Notes: generated by a model not told the origin, from the sequence alone. DNA of 64,000 nucleotides from Pseudonocardia sp. (GCA_016794615.1 JAEUJO010000140.1:14638-78637), one strand, 5' to 3'. Shown: positions 1 through 11,796, numbered from the stretch's first letter. Made by a program: numbers and translations.

Positions 1-39
1 CTCGCGGGCCCGGGTGGCACCTCGCTGCTACCGCAACCG

Positions 40-84
40 CCGGAGAAGCCGCCGATACGATCCCGGTATCGGCGGCGCCTCCGG
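40..84. terminator. Hairpin downstream of the response regulator gene, possible intrinsic terminator
   Basis: Stem GCCGCCGATAC (48-58)/GTATCGGCGGC (66-76), extended by CCGGAG/CTCCGG (40-45/79-84). No clear U-tract. Confidence 0.4.
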
Positions 85-143
85 CTTGCGATCCATCCGC
101 CTGGGGTCCCCGCGACCCACGGCAACGACGTTCACCACAGGGG

Positions 144-824
144 TCAGACGATGCCCTGACGGGTCGCGGTGTGCACGATCTCGGTGCGCCGCCGCACCTC
201 GAGCTTGTCGCGCAGGTTGCGCACATGGAACTTCACAGTGGCCTCGGAGATCAGCAGCCGCTCGCCGATCTCCCGGTTGCTCATGCCCACGGCGAGGAGC
301 TTGAGCACCTGTGTCTCGCGCTCGGTGAGCACCGGGCCACGGGGCTCGTCGGGGCGCAGCATGTCGACCACCACGGGCCCGGCGTCGAACACACCCTCAC
401 CGCGCCGGAGCGCCCGCACCGCCGCCACGACCTCGGCGGTGTCGGCGGTCTTGCGCAGGAACCCGTGCACTCCCAGCCGCATGGCCCGCATCATCAGGTC
501 GCGATCGCGCGAGCCGGTGAGCACGAGGATCCGGACGCCGCGGTGGCGCTCCAAGAGCCGGCGGGCGACGTCGAGCCCGGCGCCCTCCCGGCCGAGGTCG
601 ACGTCGAGGACGACGAGGTCGGGCGGGCAGCGCTCGGCCAGTGCGAGCGCGTCGCGCGGACCCGCGGCCTCCCCCACCACCACGAGCTCCGGGTCGGCCG
701 CGAACAGCTGGCGCAGCCCGAACCGGACGATCGCCTCGCCGTCGATGACGAGTACGCGCGCGATCCGGCGCGGGGCGGGTGGCGGGCGCAGCGTGCGCAC
801 GGGGCGCTGGTCGAGCAGGGTCAC
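144..824 (-). CDS. NarL/FixJ-family response regulator (REC + LuxR HTH)
   Basis: REC motifs VLVID, VVLDVD, VLT and LRK; C-terminal LTERETQVLKLLAVGMSNREIGERLLISEATVKFHV. Confidence 0.92.
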   Translation of the reverse strand: MTLLDQRPVRTLRPPPAPRRIARVLVIDGEAIVRFGLRQLFAADPELVVVGEAAGPRDALALAERCPPDLVVLDVDLGREGAGLDVARRLLERHRGVRILVLTGSRDRDLMMRAMRLGVHGFLRKTADTAEVVAAVRALRRGEGVFDAGPVVVDMLRPDEPRGPVLTERETQVLKLLAVGMSNREIGERLLISEATVKFHVRNLRDKLEVRRRTEIVHTATRQGIV

Positions 825-987
825 GGGAACCTCCTGGCGGCGTCGGCGGCGGCCTCGTGGGCGACGCCGGGACGGTAGCCTCGGTCACGTTGCCCCGACG
901 TTGCACGCGAACCGGCCCGGTTGCCGCGCGCGATGGAGGGCGTGATGATGAGAAGTCGGTTGTGCGGCGGCGGTGCCGGGGGTGCTC

Positions 988-2544
988 ATGACAAATGTGG
1001 GGGCCTCGCAGCGCGACGGCCACGCGCGAGGCGGGGTCGCCGTCGAGAAGCCGGACACGGGCCGGGCGATCCCGATCCTGCCGAGCGATCCGGTCGAGCG
1101 GGCCCGCGCGCTGCACGAGGTCTACGACGCCGTGCTCTCCGGCGCGTCCATCGGCTCCGTCCCTCGCTCGCTGGTCTCCGACTCGTGGCAGCGCAGCCTC
1201 GCGGCGCGCATCGACCCCGACCGGCACGACCCGCCCGTCGTCCACCGGGCCGCCGACCTCGACGGAGTCCGTGCCGCGCACCCGCTCGGGGCCGTCCTCC
1301 CGCTGCTGCGCAGCACACTGGTGAGCATCGCGGACGAGGCCGTGCACGTCGTGATCGTCACCGACGCGGACGGGACGATCCTCTGGCGCGAGGGGGCGCG
1401 CAGCCTGCTCCGCGCGGCCGACTCGGTCGGGCTGGCGCCGGGGATGCGCTGGTCGGAAGACGCGATCGGCACGAACGCCATGGGCACCGCGCTGGCGGTC
1501 GACGAACCCGTCCAGATCCACTCCGCGGAGCACCTGGTGCGCACCGTCCATTCCTGGACCTGCGCCGCCGCCCCCGTGCACGACCCCGACACCGGCACGC
1601 TGCTCGGCGCGATCGACATCAGCGGCCCGTTGCACACCGCCCACCCGGCGATGGTGCAGCTGGTCGCGGCCACGGCGCAGCTGGCGGAGAACCAGCTGCG
1701 CGTGCGGCTGGCGATCGCGGACGAGCAGTTGCGGATCCGCAACATGCCACACCTGGCGAGCCTGCGCGGCCGGCCCGGTGCGCTGGTGACACCGACGGGG
1801 CGGATCCTGGCCGGAGAGCCGTACACCGGGTGGCCGGTGCGCGTGTGGATCGAGCCGGGCGCGGACCGGGTCCGGCTCAGCGACGGGCGGGAGATGGCCG
1901 TCGAGCCGCTGGCCGAGGGCTTCCTGCTGCACGCGATGCAACGAAGTGCCGCCCCCGCCCGGCGTCCGGCGCTGTCGTTGCGGTTCCTCGGCGACCATCC
2001 GTCCGTGCTGCTCGACGGCACGCCCGTCCCGGTCACCCTCCGGCCCGCCGAGCTGCTCACCGCGCTGGCGCTGCACCCGGACGGGCTGACGGCCGAACGG
2101 CTCGCGATGCTGCTCTACGGCGACGACGGCAACCCGACCACCGCGCGCGGCGAGGTCCTGCGGCTACGCACGTTGATCGGGTCGGACGTCCTGCGCACCC
2201 GCCCCTACCGGCTCGACGCGTCGGTCGACACCGACTTCGGCACGGTGCGGCGCGCGCTCGCGGCCGGTAAGCCCGCCGAGGCACTCCGGGCGTGCGCCGG
2301 CCCCCTGCTGCCCCGCTCGGAGGCCCCCGAGATCCGCGAGGAGCGCGAGGCGCTGGTGGTCGGCCTGCGGCGGGCGGTGCTCGCACGCGACGAGACAGAC
2401 CTGCTGGCCGACTACGCCACCCACCCCCTGGGCCGCGACGACCTCGAGGTGTACGACCGGCTGCTGGACCGCATGGGCCCGCACGACCACCGCCGCCCCC
2501 ACTTCGCCGCCCACCACGACCGCCTGCTTGCCGCCGACGCCTGA
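988..2544 (+). CDS. GAF-domain transcriptional regulator (AcoR-like GAF + C-terminal winged helix)
   Basis: SWQRS, GTNAMGTAL and WTCAAAPVHDP GAF motifs; C-terminal HPDGLTAERLAMLLYG HTH. Start could be GTG 973. Confidence 0.85.
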   Translation: MTNVGASQRDGHARGGVAVEKPDTGRAIPILPSDPVERARALHEVYDAVLSGASIGSVPRSLVSDSWQRSLAARIDPDRHDPPVVHRAADLDGVRAAHPLGAVLPLLRSTLVSIADEAVHVVIVTDADGTILWREGARSLLRAADSVGLAPGMRWSEDAIGTNAMGTALAVDEPVQIHSAEHLVRTVHSWTCAAAPVHDPDTGTLLGAIDISGPLHTAHPAMVQLVAATAQLAENQLRVRLAIADEQLRIRNMPHLASLRGRPGALVTPTGRILAGEPYTGWPVRVWIEPGADRVRLSDGREMAVEPLAEGFLLHAMQRSAAPARRPALSLRFLGDHPSVLLDGTPVPVTLRPAELLTALALHPDGLTAERLAMLLYGDDGNPTTARGEVLRLRTLIGSDVLRTRPYRLDASVDTDFGTVRRALAAGKPAEALRACAGPLLPRSEAPEIREEREALVVGLRRAVLARDETDLLADYATHPLGRDDLEVYDRLLDRMGPHDHRRPHFAAHHDRLLAADA

Positions 2545-4374
<1,830 letters not shown>

Positions 4375-4404
4375 AGCGTTGTCCCTCTTCCGAGTTGAGC
4401 CGAG

Positions 4405-4692
4405 TCAGCCGTACACGAGGCGGCGCAGCTGCCGCACCGAGAGCCCCGGGGCGGGGAACAGCCGCACCGGGAGCTCCGCCGCGATCGCCGCGAAGATCCG
4501 GTCGTTCGCGAGCCCGCGCGCCGCCAGCTCGCGGTGCCGGCGCCGGACGAAGTCGGGCACCGGCTCGGCGAACCAGGCGAAGACCTCGGCCAGCACCCGG
4601 TCCGCCTCGCCCTCGGTGAGCGGGGTAGAACGAACCAGGTGAGCCACGAGGTCGGCGTGCGGCCGCGAGATCACCTGGGGAGGATGCCCCAT
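4405..4692 (-). CDS. Small hypothetical protein upstream of glmS, probably co-transcribed
   Basis: 95-aa ORF with host-like codon use, ending 30 nt before glmS. FVRRRHREL and LSVRQLRRLVYG resemble a protein I recall preceding secondary glmS copies in actinomycetes. Confidence 0.75.
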   Translation of the reverse strand: MGHPPQVISRPHADLVAHLVRSTPLTEGEADRVLAEVFAWFAEPVPDFVRRRHRELAARGLANDRIFAAIAAELPVRLFPAPGLSVRQLRRLVYG

Positions 4693-4714
4693 CGACTCCG
4701 AAAATACCAAATCA

Positions 4715-4736
4715 TCCTGCCCGATTTCGGGCAGGA
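4715..4736. promoter_or_regulatory. Perfect palindrome, candidate operator for the small ORF-glmS operon
   Basis: TCCTGCCCGA-TT-TCGGGCAGGA, 22 nt upstream of ATG 4692. A 2-nt loop suits a protein-binding site better than a terminator. Confidence 0.4.
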
Positions 4737-4737
4737 A

Positions 4738-7700
4738 TCAGGCACTTCGTGAGTCGAGGTTCACTCCGTCGAGGTCGTCGACGTCACCGTCGGTCCCGTC
4801 CGCGGTGGGTTCCAGCTCGCCGGCCCGCCACAAACGGGCGAACCGCCCCTCCCGCGCGAGCAGCTCGGCGGGCGGGCCCTGCTCGGCGATCCGGCCGCCG
4901 TGCAGCACGACCACCCGGTCCGCGCGCGCCGCCGTCGCCAGCCGGTGCGCGACGACGAACGCGGTGCGCCGACCGCCGGGACCACCCCGCGTCACCCGGT
5001 CCCCGGCCGCGAGCACCGCGGCCTCGGTCGCCGGGTCGAGCGCGGCGGTGGCCTCGTCGAACAGGAGGATGTCCGGGCCGACGAGCTCGGCCCGGGCGAG
5101 CGCGACGAGCTGGCGCTGCCCCGCCGACAGCCCCTGCCCCCGCTCGCCGACGGGCGTGCGGAAGCCCGCGGGCAGCCGCCGCACCAGGTCGAGCGCCCCG
5201 ACCGCGCGCGCCGCGGCCTCGATCTCGGGGGGCGTGGCGTCCGGGCGTCCGTAGGCGATGTTCGACGCGACGTCCCCGGTGAACAGGTGCGCCTCCTGCG
5301 GGACGACCCCGAGCCGGTGGCGGTAGGCGGCCAGCCGGTACCGACGGACGTCCACGCCGTCGACGAGCACGCTGCCACTGCCCGAGTCGTAGAACCGGGC
5401 GAGGAGCTTGACCAGCGTCGACTTGCCTGCCCCCGTCGCGCCCACCAGCGCGACCGTCTCCCCCGGCGCCACCTGCAGCGACACCCCGTCGAGCGCGGGC
5501 CGGTCCGCGCCCGCGTAGGAGAAGCCGACGTCGCGCAGCTCCACCTCGCCGCGCAGCCGGCGGGGCACGTCGAGCGTCCCCTCGTCCGGGACGGTCGTGG
5601 GGGTGCGCAGCAGATCGCCGATGCGCCGCAGCCCGACGCGGGCCTGCTGGTAGCCGTCGAAGACCTGGGAGAGCTGCTGGACGGGCGCGAAGAACAGCCC
5701 GAGGTAGAGCAGGAACGCGGTGAGCACACCGGGAGTCAGCGCGCCCGACGCGACGCGGGCGGCACCGACACCGAGCACCGCGGCCGTCGCGAGGTCGCTC
5801 AGCAGCGCGACGAACGGGAAGAAGGACGCGATGTAGCGCTGGGCGCGCAGCCGGGCCCGGCGGTACGCGAGGCTGCGGTCCCCGAACACGGCGGAGCTGT
5901 GCCGCTCGCGGGTGAACGCCTGCGCGACCCGCACGCCGGTGACGTTCTCCTGCATGTCGGCGTTGACGACCGCCACCCGCTCGCGCGCCTCCGCGTAGGC
6001 CCGTGACGACAGCACCCGGAACCGGAGCGTCGCCGCCACCAGGATCGGCAGCGGGGCGAGCGCGACCAGCGCCAGCTCGGGATCGGTGACCAGCAGCGCG
6101 ATCGCCACCCCGCCGACCGTGAGCAGGCTGACGACCGCCTGGGCCAGCCCGGTCTGCAAGAACGACGACAGCGCGTCGACGTCCGTGGTCATCCGCGTCA
6201 TGATCCGGCCCGCCAGCTCGCGCTCGTAGTAGTCGAGCCCCAGCCGTTGCAGGTGGGCGTAGCTGCGCACACGCAGCAGGTAGAGCAGGCTCTCCCCGGC
6301 GCGGGCGGTCACCGTCGTCTGGAGGGCGACGACGACCCAGCTCACCGCGACGATGCCGAGCCCCAGCAGGACCGCGATCACCAGCGGCCGGACCGCGCCC
6401 GCGCTGATCCCGGAGTCGACGGCGTAGCGGGCGACGGACGGGAACGCGAGTGTCGTCAGCGCGTCGAGGGAGACGAGCAGGATCGTCAGCGCGAGCAGGC
6501 CGCGGACCGGGCGCAGCAGGCGGGTGAGGCGGAACCCGGGATCGGGTGCGGTCGGGTCCTCGCCGGGCAGGCTGGGGACGTCGGCGGTGGGCGGCAGGGC
6601 GGCGACGGCGGCGAGCAGCTCGGGGGTGGCGGCGATGCCGCCGAGATCGTGCATGGACCCACCGGCACCGGGCCCGCCGGCGGGCGCGCGTGCGCCTGCG
6701 TCGCGGTTCGGCGTCGACGCTGCGGCCGCCCGGGCCGGCTCGGGCCACAGCTCGGAGGTGACGGCGCCCTGGCTTCCGTTGCTGTGGCGCGTGCTGTGGC
6801 GCGCGTCGCCGGGGTGGACCGTCGATGTAGCGAAAGCGGCTTTGGGTACGTTGAACGCACCGAAAGCCGCTTTCGCTACATCCTCCCCGGCCCCGCGCGC
6901 CGTGCCGAACAGCGTCCGGAACAGCGGGTTGCGGGCCAGCAGCTCGGTCTCGGTGCCCACGTCCACCACCCGGCCGTGGTCGAGCACGGCGATCCGGTCC
7001 GCCAGCGCCAGCGTCGAGCGCCGGTGCGCGACCAGCAGCGTGGTGCGGTCCGTGGTGAGGTCGCGCAGCGTCGCGTGGATGGCGGCCTCGGTCGTGTTGT
7101 CGACCGCCGAGGTCGCGTCGTCGAGCACCAGCACCCGCGGGTCGGTGAGCACCGCCCGGGCCAGCGCGACGCGCTGCCGCTGCCCGCCCGAGAGCGTCAG
7201 CCCGCGCTCACCGACCAGCGTGTCGTAGCCCTCGGGCAGGCCCTCGACGAACTCCGCCACCTGCGCCGCCTCCGCCGCGGCGACGACCTGCTCGTCGGTC
7301 GCGTCCGGGCGGCCGTAGGCGATGTTGGCGCGGATCGTGTCGGAGAAGAGGAAGGCGTCCTCGAACACCATGCCCAGGACGGCGCGCAGGTCCGCCAGGC
7401 GCAGCTCCGGCAGCGCCACCCCGCCGAGCCGGACCTGCCCGGCCCGCGGGTCGTAGAAGCGCGCGAGCAGCTGGGTGACCGTCGATTTGCCCGAACCCGG
7501 CGGGCCGATCAGCGCGACCGTCTCCCCCGGCTCGACGCGCAGCGACAGCCCGTCGAGCACGGGCGCACCGCCTGCATACCCGAAGCTCACGTCATCCAGC
7601 TCGACGGACAGCGGGCCCGACGGCACGGGCACCGGGTCCGGCGGGTCCACGACCTCCGGCTCGGCGTCGACGAGGTCGTAGACGCGCTCGACGCCGGCCC

Positions 7701-8631
7701 GGGCCAGCTGCGCGCTCACCACCAGCGCGCCCACCATCCGGGCGGGCCCGACGAGCTGGGTGACGTAGGTGGTGAAGGCGAGGAAGGTCCCGAGCGTGAC
7801 CGAGCCGGACAGTGCCATCGCCCCACCCAGGCCGATCACCCCGACCTGCCCGAGCGTGGGGAGCGCGAGCAGCGCCGGGTTCAGCCGTGCGGTCATCCGG
7901 GCGGCGCGCATCCGTTCGGCGTAGAGCCGTCGCGCCCGGCCCTCCAGGGCCGAGACCTCGCGGGCCTCCTGACCGAAGCCCTTGACCACCCGGACGCCCG
8001 TGACCGTCTCCTCGACCTGCTGCGCGACGTCCGCCGCCTGCTGCTGGGCCGACCACGTCGCCGGGAACAGCGACCGCCGGGACCGGACCGTCACGGCCGC
8101 CGCGGCCGGCAGCACGACGAGCGTGACGACGGTGAGCAGCGGCGAGAGCCACAGCATCGCCGCGAGCGAGGTGACGAGGAGCGTGGCGGTACCGAGGGTG
8201 AACGGCACCATCGACAGCAGGCCCTGCACGAGCTGCAGGTCCGTGATCGCCCGCGACGCCACCTGCCCGGTGCGCAGCGCGTCCTGCCGCTCGCCGTCGA
8301 GCCGCGCGACGGCGTCGAAGACGCGCTGCCGCAGGTCGTGCTGGACGTCGAGCGACAGGCGCCCGGCGAAGTAGCGGCGGACGAAGGAGGCGCCGTACTG
8401 GACGACAGCGAGCACGACCAGCGCGGTGACGACGGGGACGAGCACGGCGGTGGAACCGGTCACGGCGTCGTCGACGACGACCCGGGTCAGCAGCGGGCCG
8501 ACGGCCCCGAGGCCCACGCCGACCACGGATGACCCGAGCGCGGCGGCCGTGACCCGGGGATGGCGCAGACAGGCGCCCGTCAAGCGGCGGATCCACCCCC
8601 GACGCTCTTGCGGGATACGGGGGGAGTGCAC
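4738..8631 (-). CDS. Fused double ABC exporter (TMD-NBD-TMD-NBD)
   Basis: Two Walker A motifs (GPPGSGKS, GATGAGKS), signatures LSGGQRQR and LSAGQRQL, two hydrophobic TMDs. Start GTG 8631 inferred. Confidence 0.92.
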   Translation of the reverse strand: MHSPRIPQERRGWIRRLTGACLRHPRVTAAALGSSVVGVGLGAVGPLLTRVVVDDAVTGSTAVLVPVVTALVVLAVVQYGASFVRRYFAGRLSLDVQHDLRQRVFDAVARLDGERQDALRTGQVASRAITDLQLVQGLLSMVPFTLGTATLLVTSLAAMLWLSPLLTVVTLVVLPAAAAVTVRSRRSLFPATWSAQQQAADVAQQVEETVTGVRVVKGFGQEAREVSALEGRARRLYAERMRAARMTARLNPALLALPTLGQVGVIGLGGAMALSGSVTLGTFLAFTTYVTQLVGPARMVGALVVSAQLARAGVERVYDLVDAEPEVVDPPDPVPVPSGPLSVELDDVSFGYAGGAPVLDGLSLRVEPGETVALIGPPGSGKSTVTQLLARFYDPRAGQVRLGGVALPELRLADLRAVLGMVFEDAFLFSDTIRANIAYGRPDATDEQVVAAAEAAQVAEFVEGLPEGYDTLVGERGLTLSGGQRQRVALARAVLTDPRVLVLDDATSAVDNTTEAAIHATLRDLTTDRTTLLVAHRRSTLALADRIAVLDHGRVVDVGTETELLARNPLFRTLFGTARGAGEDVAKAAFGAFNVPKAAFATSTVHPGDARHSTRHSNGSQGAVTSELWPEPARAAAASTPNRDAGARAPAGGPGAGGSMHDLGGIAATPELLAAVAALPPTADVPSLPGEDPTAPDPGFRLTRLLRPVRGLLALTILLVSLDALTTLAFPSVARYAVDSGISAGAVRPLVIAVLLGLGIVAVSWVVVALQTTVTARAGESLLYLLRVRSYAHLQRLGLDYYERELAGRIMTRMTTDVDALSSFLQTGLAQAVVSLLTVGGVAIALLVTDPELALVALAPLPILVAATLRFRVLSSRAYAEARERVAVVNADMQENVTGVRVAQAFTRERHSSAVFGDRSLAYRRARLRAQRYIASFFPFVALLSDLATAAVLGVGAARVASGALTPGVLTAFLLYLGLFFAPVQQLSQVFDGYQQARVGLRRIGDLLRTPTTVPDEGTLDVPRRLRGEVELRDVGFSYAGADRPALDGVSLQVAPGETVALVGATGAGKSTLVKLLARFYDSGSGSVLVDGVDVRRYRLAAYRHRLGVVPQEAHLFTGDVASNIAYGRPDATPPEIEAAARAVGALDLVRRLPAGFRTPVGERGQGLSAGQRQLVALARAELVGPDILLFDEATAALDPATEAAVLAAGDRVTRGGPGGRRTAFVVAHRLATAARADRVVVLHGGRIAEQGPPAELLAREGRFARLWRAGELEPTADGTDGDVDDLDGVNLDSRSA
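6824..6882. repeat. REP-like 59-bp palindrome inside the ABC exporter linker
   Basis: 20-bp perfect arms GATGTAGCGAAAGCGGCTTT / AAAGCCGCTTTCGCTACATC around a 19-nt partly paired core. Confidence 0.85.
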
Positions 8632-8666
8632 CGCACCACGGTAGGCCGGTCCCGGCGCAGCCGTCG

Positions 8667-9491
8667 CTACGTGACGTCGCGGCGGTCGGCGACGGTCCAG
8701 GCGAGCACCGCCGCCAGGGCCGCCCACCCGGCCAGCACCGACAGCGCGCCCCACCACGGCGGCGGGGCGGTCACGCCCGCCAGCTGCTCGACCACCTGGT
8801 CCGCGAGGTCCGGACCGGCGAGCGCCCGCGCCGGGAAGTCGTAGATCGCGACGTCTCCCGCGTTGCCGGGCAGGTACGGGGTCAGCCGGGCCAGGGCGGC
8901 CGAGCCCGAGTTGTTCATCACCGCCGCCAGCACCAGCTCCCCGACCTGCAGGTACACCAGCAGCACGACGAGCGCGCCCACCTGGTTCGCGAGCAGGACA
9001 CCCACCGCCGCGCCGAGCACGCCCCACAGCGCGGCGACCGCCACCCCCACCACGGCCACACCCACGAGCGCACCGGTGCCGGGCACGCGCCCGGCCCCCT
9101 GCCCGAGCACCCCGGCGACGACGCCGGTGGTCACCGCGACGACCGCGTACAGCACGCCGACGCACCCGCCCGCCACGAGCTTGCCCACGAGCACCCGCCC
9201 CCGGCCGCCCGCGGTGAGGTAGGCGGTGGTGACGGTGCGGTGGCGGAACTCACCCGCGGCCGCGACCGTGCCGTACACCGCGGCGAACACCGCCGTGAGC
9301 GTCAACGTGAAGGCGATGGACGCGGGCAGCACCGGCAGGTCGCCCGCGTCCCCGAGCCCCTCGCCGAGCAGACTGCCGAAGAGGTTGACGAGCACGGCCA
9401 GCGCCACCACCGGGATCAGCAGCGCCCACCACAGCCGCGTCGAGACGACCCGCCGCCACTCCGCGCGCAGCGCCGGCCCGACCACGCTCAC
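8667..9491 (-). CDS. ABC-2 type transporter permease
   Basis: LRAEWRR start, GEFRHRT motif, multiple TM helices, RRDVT end; overlaps the ATPase stop. Confidence 0.87.
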   Translation of the reverse strand: MSVVGPALRAEWRRVVSTRLWWALLIPVVALAVLVNLFGSLLGEGLGDAGDLPVLPASIAFTLTLTAVFAAVYGTVAAAGEFRHRTVTTAYLTAGGRGRVLVGKLVAGGCVGVLYAVVAVTTGVVAGVLGQGAGRVPGTGALVGVAVVGVAVAALWGVLGAAVGVLLANQVGALVVLLVYLQVGELVLAAVMNNSGSAALARLTPYLPGNAGDVAIYDFPARALAGPDLADQVVEQLAGVTAPPPWWGALSVLAGWAALAAVLAWTVADRRDVT

Positions 9492-10396
9492 CGCCGGCCC
9501 TCCGACACCAGCTGCAGGAACATCTGCTCGAGGTCCACCCGCTCCTCCACCAGGCCGTGCACCGCCACCCCGGCCGCGAGCGCGACGTCACCGACCCGGG
9601 CGGCGTCCACGCCGGCGACCCCGAGCCGCCCGTCGTGCAGTGTGTCGATCTCGACGACCCCCGCGGCGGCGAGGGCCTGGGCCAGCCGCAGCGGGTCGGG
9701 GCACCGGACGAGCACCCGCGCCTGTCCCGTCCCCCGCAACCGCTCCAACCTGCCCTGGTAGACACACCGGCCGGCGTCGATGACGACGAGGTGGTCCACG
9801 CCCTGCTCGACCTCGGCGAGCAGGTGGCTGCTGACCAGCACCGTGCGCCCCTGCCGGGCGAACCCGCGCAGGAACTCGCGCAGCCAGGCGATCCCCTCGG
9901 GATCGAGGCCGTTCGCCGGTTCGTCGAGGACGAGCACCCGCGGGTCGCCGAGCAGCGCGGTGGCCAGGGCCAGCCGCTGCTTCATGCCCAGCGACCAGCC
10001 TCCGACCGCGCGGCCCGCGGGGTCGGCCAGCCCGACCAGGCCCAGCACCTCGTCGACGCGGCGGTCCGGCACTCCGAGCGCGGCGGCGGCCACCCGCAGG
10101 TGCGCCCGCCCGCTGCGCGCCGGGTGGAAGCCCTGCGCCTCCAGCACGGCACCGACCACCCGTCCGGGCGCGTCGAGCTCGGCGTACCGCATGCCGTTGA
10201 TCCGCGCCTCGCCGGAGGTCGGCGTGACGAGGCCGAGGATCATCCGCAGCGTCGTGGTCTTCCCGGACCCGTTCGGGCCGAGGAAGCCGGTGACGCCGCC
10301 GGGCTCGACGGTGAGGTCGAGCCCGGCGACCGCGCTCACCGATCCGAACTGCTTGGTCAGGTCGTGGACGGTGATACGTCCGCTGCCGTCGTCCAC
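9488..10396 (-). CDS. ABC transporter ATP-binding protein
   Basis: GPNGSGKTT, WSLGMKQRL, LDEPANGLDP and SSH. Start GTG 10396 inferred. Confidence 0.92.
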   Translation of the reverse strand: MDDGSGRITVHDLTKQFGSVSAVAGLDLTVEPGGVTGFLGPNGSGKTTTLRMILGLVTPTSGEARINGMRYAELDAPGRVVGAVLEAQGFHPARSGRAHLRVAAAALGVPDRRVDEVLGLVGLADPAGRAVGGWSLGMKQRLALATALLGDPRVLVLDEPANGLDPEGIAWLREFLRGFARQGRTVLVSSHLLAEVEQGVDHLVVIDAGRCVYQGRLERLRGTGQARVLVRCPDPLRLAQALAAAGVVEIDTLHDGRLGVAGVDAARVGDVALAAGVAVHGLVEERVDLEQMFLQLVSEGRR

Positions 10397-10407
10397 CGGG
10401 CGGCCGC

Positions 10408-10728
10408 CTACCCTGCCGCGGCGGCCGCCGCGTCCCGGTCGGCGACGGCGCCGCGGACGGCCGCGAGGACCGCCCCGGCCCGCCACGCGTGGCCGAGGTC
10501 GTCGGGTTGGGCGACGGCACCGCTGCGGGCGACGGCGTTCAGCGCGGCCGAGGTCCGCGTGCTCCACACCGGCCGCAGGGTGGCGATCACCGCAGCCTCC
10601 GGAAGCGCGGCGAGCAGCGCGCGCAACCGGGTCTCGACGCCGCGCGGCCTGCCCTGCACGTCCGCGGTCCCGATGCGGTACCGGACCGCCGGCACGTGCT
10701 CGGCACGCTCGTGCACGGTAACCGCCAT
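10408..10728 (-). CDS. Hypothetical protein
   Basis: ATG 10728 with a GAGGGAG SD; ends 11 nt before the ABC ATPase start. No motif recognised. Confidence 0.5.
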   Translation of the reverse strand: MAVTVHERAEHVPAVRYRIGTADVQGRPRGVETRLRALLAALPEAAVIATLRPVWSTRTSAALNAVARSGAVAQPDDLGHAWRAGAVLAAVRGAVADRDAAAAAAG

Positions 10729-11016
10729 CGTTCTCCCTCGCTGCGTCGGCTCCGGTGTGGAGCGGCCGCAGCGCCGCCGCGCCCCACGGTCGTGCTGCGT
10801 GTCCGGACCGGGCGCGCACACGGTACGCCGCACGCCCGACGTCACGCGCGGACGGGCGACCCGGTGGAGCGCCGATCAACCCACCTCACCTCGCCACGGC
10901 CGATGGCGCGGCGGGCGCGTGCACCCGCTCGGGTGAAAGGGGGCAATGCCCGAGCACCCAGCGTCACCGCTCACACTGGGAGGCAACCCTCTGCCAGCGA
11001 CCCGTGGGGAGCACTG

Positions 11017-11796
11017 TTGCTCGTGCCGGCCGTCCGGACCGCCGACCGCCCGCTGGGCCCCGACCAGTACCGCTACATCGCGACGCGCGGCTGGTGGATG
11101 GGAAGCTTCGACACGCCCACCGGCCTGCTGCTGCACCTGACCGAGCAGTGGATCCGGCAGTGGGTGCCCGCCCGCCCCGATCGCGACTGGATGCTCGACC
11201 GCGCGGTCACCGGCCGGGTGCGCTGGCTGACCGGGACGGCCGAGCAGGCCGACGACGCGGGCTTCGACCCGGCGGCGGGGGTTCCGACCGGGCGCTTCCG
11301 CGCCACGCACGGCGACTTCTACGCGGGCCTCGACAACCTGCCCGCGGGACCGCGAACGGGCACCTGGCACGCCCCGAGCACGACCTTTCTCTCCCGGCTG
11401 CCACGCGATCCGCGGGCCCTGCTCACCCGGCTGCGCGCCGACGGCCCCGAGGGACGCACCGCCTCGCAGCCCTTCGCCCGGGCCACGGGCGCGCTGCGCA
11501 GCGGGCTGGTCCCGGCCGACCTGCGCGGCGCCCTCTACGCCGCATTGACCGCGCTGCCGGCGGTCACCCTGGACGAGGACACGACGGACCACGCGGGCAA
11601 CCCGCGCCTCGCGCTCGTGCACGACGACGGGCCCACCCGCACGGAGCTGATCATCGATCCGGTGGACGGCACGTTCGCCGGTGAGCGGGACACGCTCCGG
11701 ACGGCGTCCCGGCTCGGGCTCGCCGCGGGCACCGTGGTGCTGTGCACCTCGGTGACGACCTGCGTGGTCGACACCCTCGGTGGCCTGCCCGCCTGA
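11017..11796 (+). CDS. CU044_5270-like (putative anti-sigma-associated) protein, possibly N-terminally truncated
   Basis: LPRDPRALL, LRSGLVPADLRGALYAAL and TRTELIIDP resemble this actinobacterial family. Start uncertain (TTG 11017 after GGGGAG). Confidence 0.5.
   Translation: MLVPAVRTADRPLGPDQYRYIATRGWWMGSFDTPTGLLLHLTEQWIRQWVPARPDRDWMLDRAVTGRVRWLTGTAEQADDAGFDPAAGVPTGRFRATHGDFYAGLDNLPAGPRTGTWHAPSTTFLSRLPRDPRALLTRLRADGPEGRTASQPFARATGALRSGLVPADLRGALYAALTALPAVTLDEDTTDHAGNPRLALVHDDGPTRTELIIDPVDGTFAGERDTLRTASRLGLAAGTVVLCTSVTTCVVDTLGGLPA

Noticed and set aside
4375-4737. glmS ribozyme
   Set aside because: The region upstream of glmS is occupied by an ORF and I see no ribozyme core; an Rfam scan would settle it.
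10945-11020. SAM-IV riboswitch-like fragments (GAG..CCAGCGTCA..CTGG..GGCAACCCTC..GTGGGG)
   Set aside because: Lacks the GGUCAUGAG start and the GGUGC..GGGUGA.GACC end, and the downstream gene is not sulfur-related. An Infernal search would decide.
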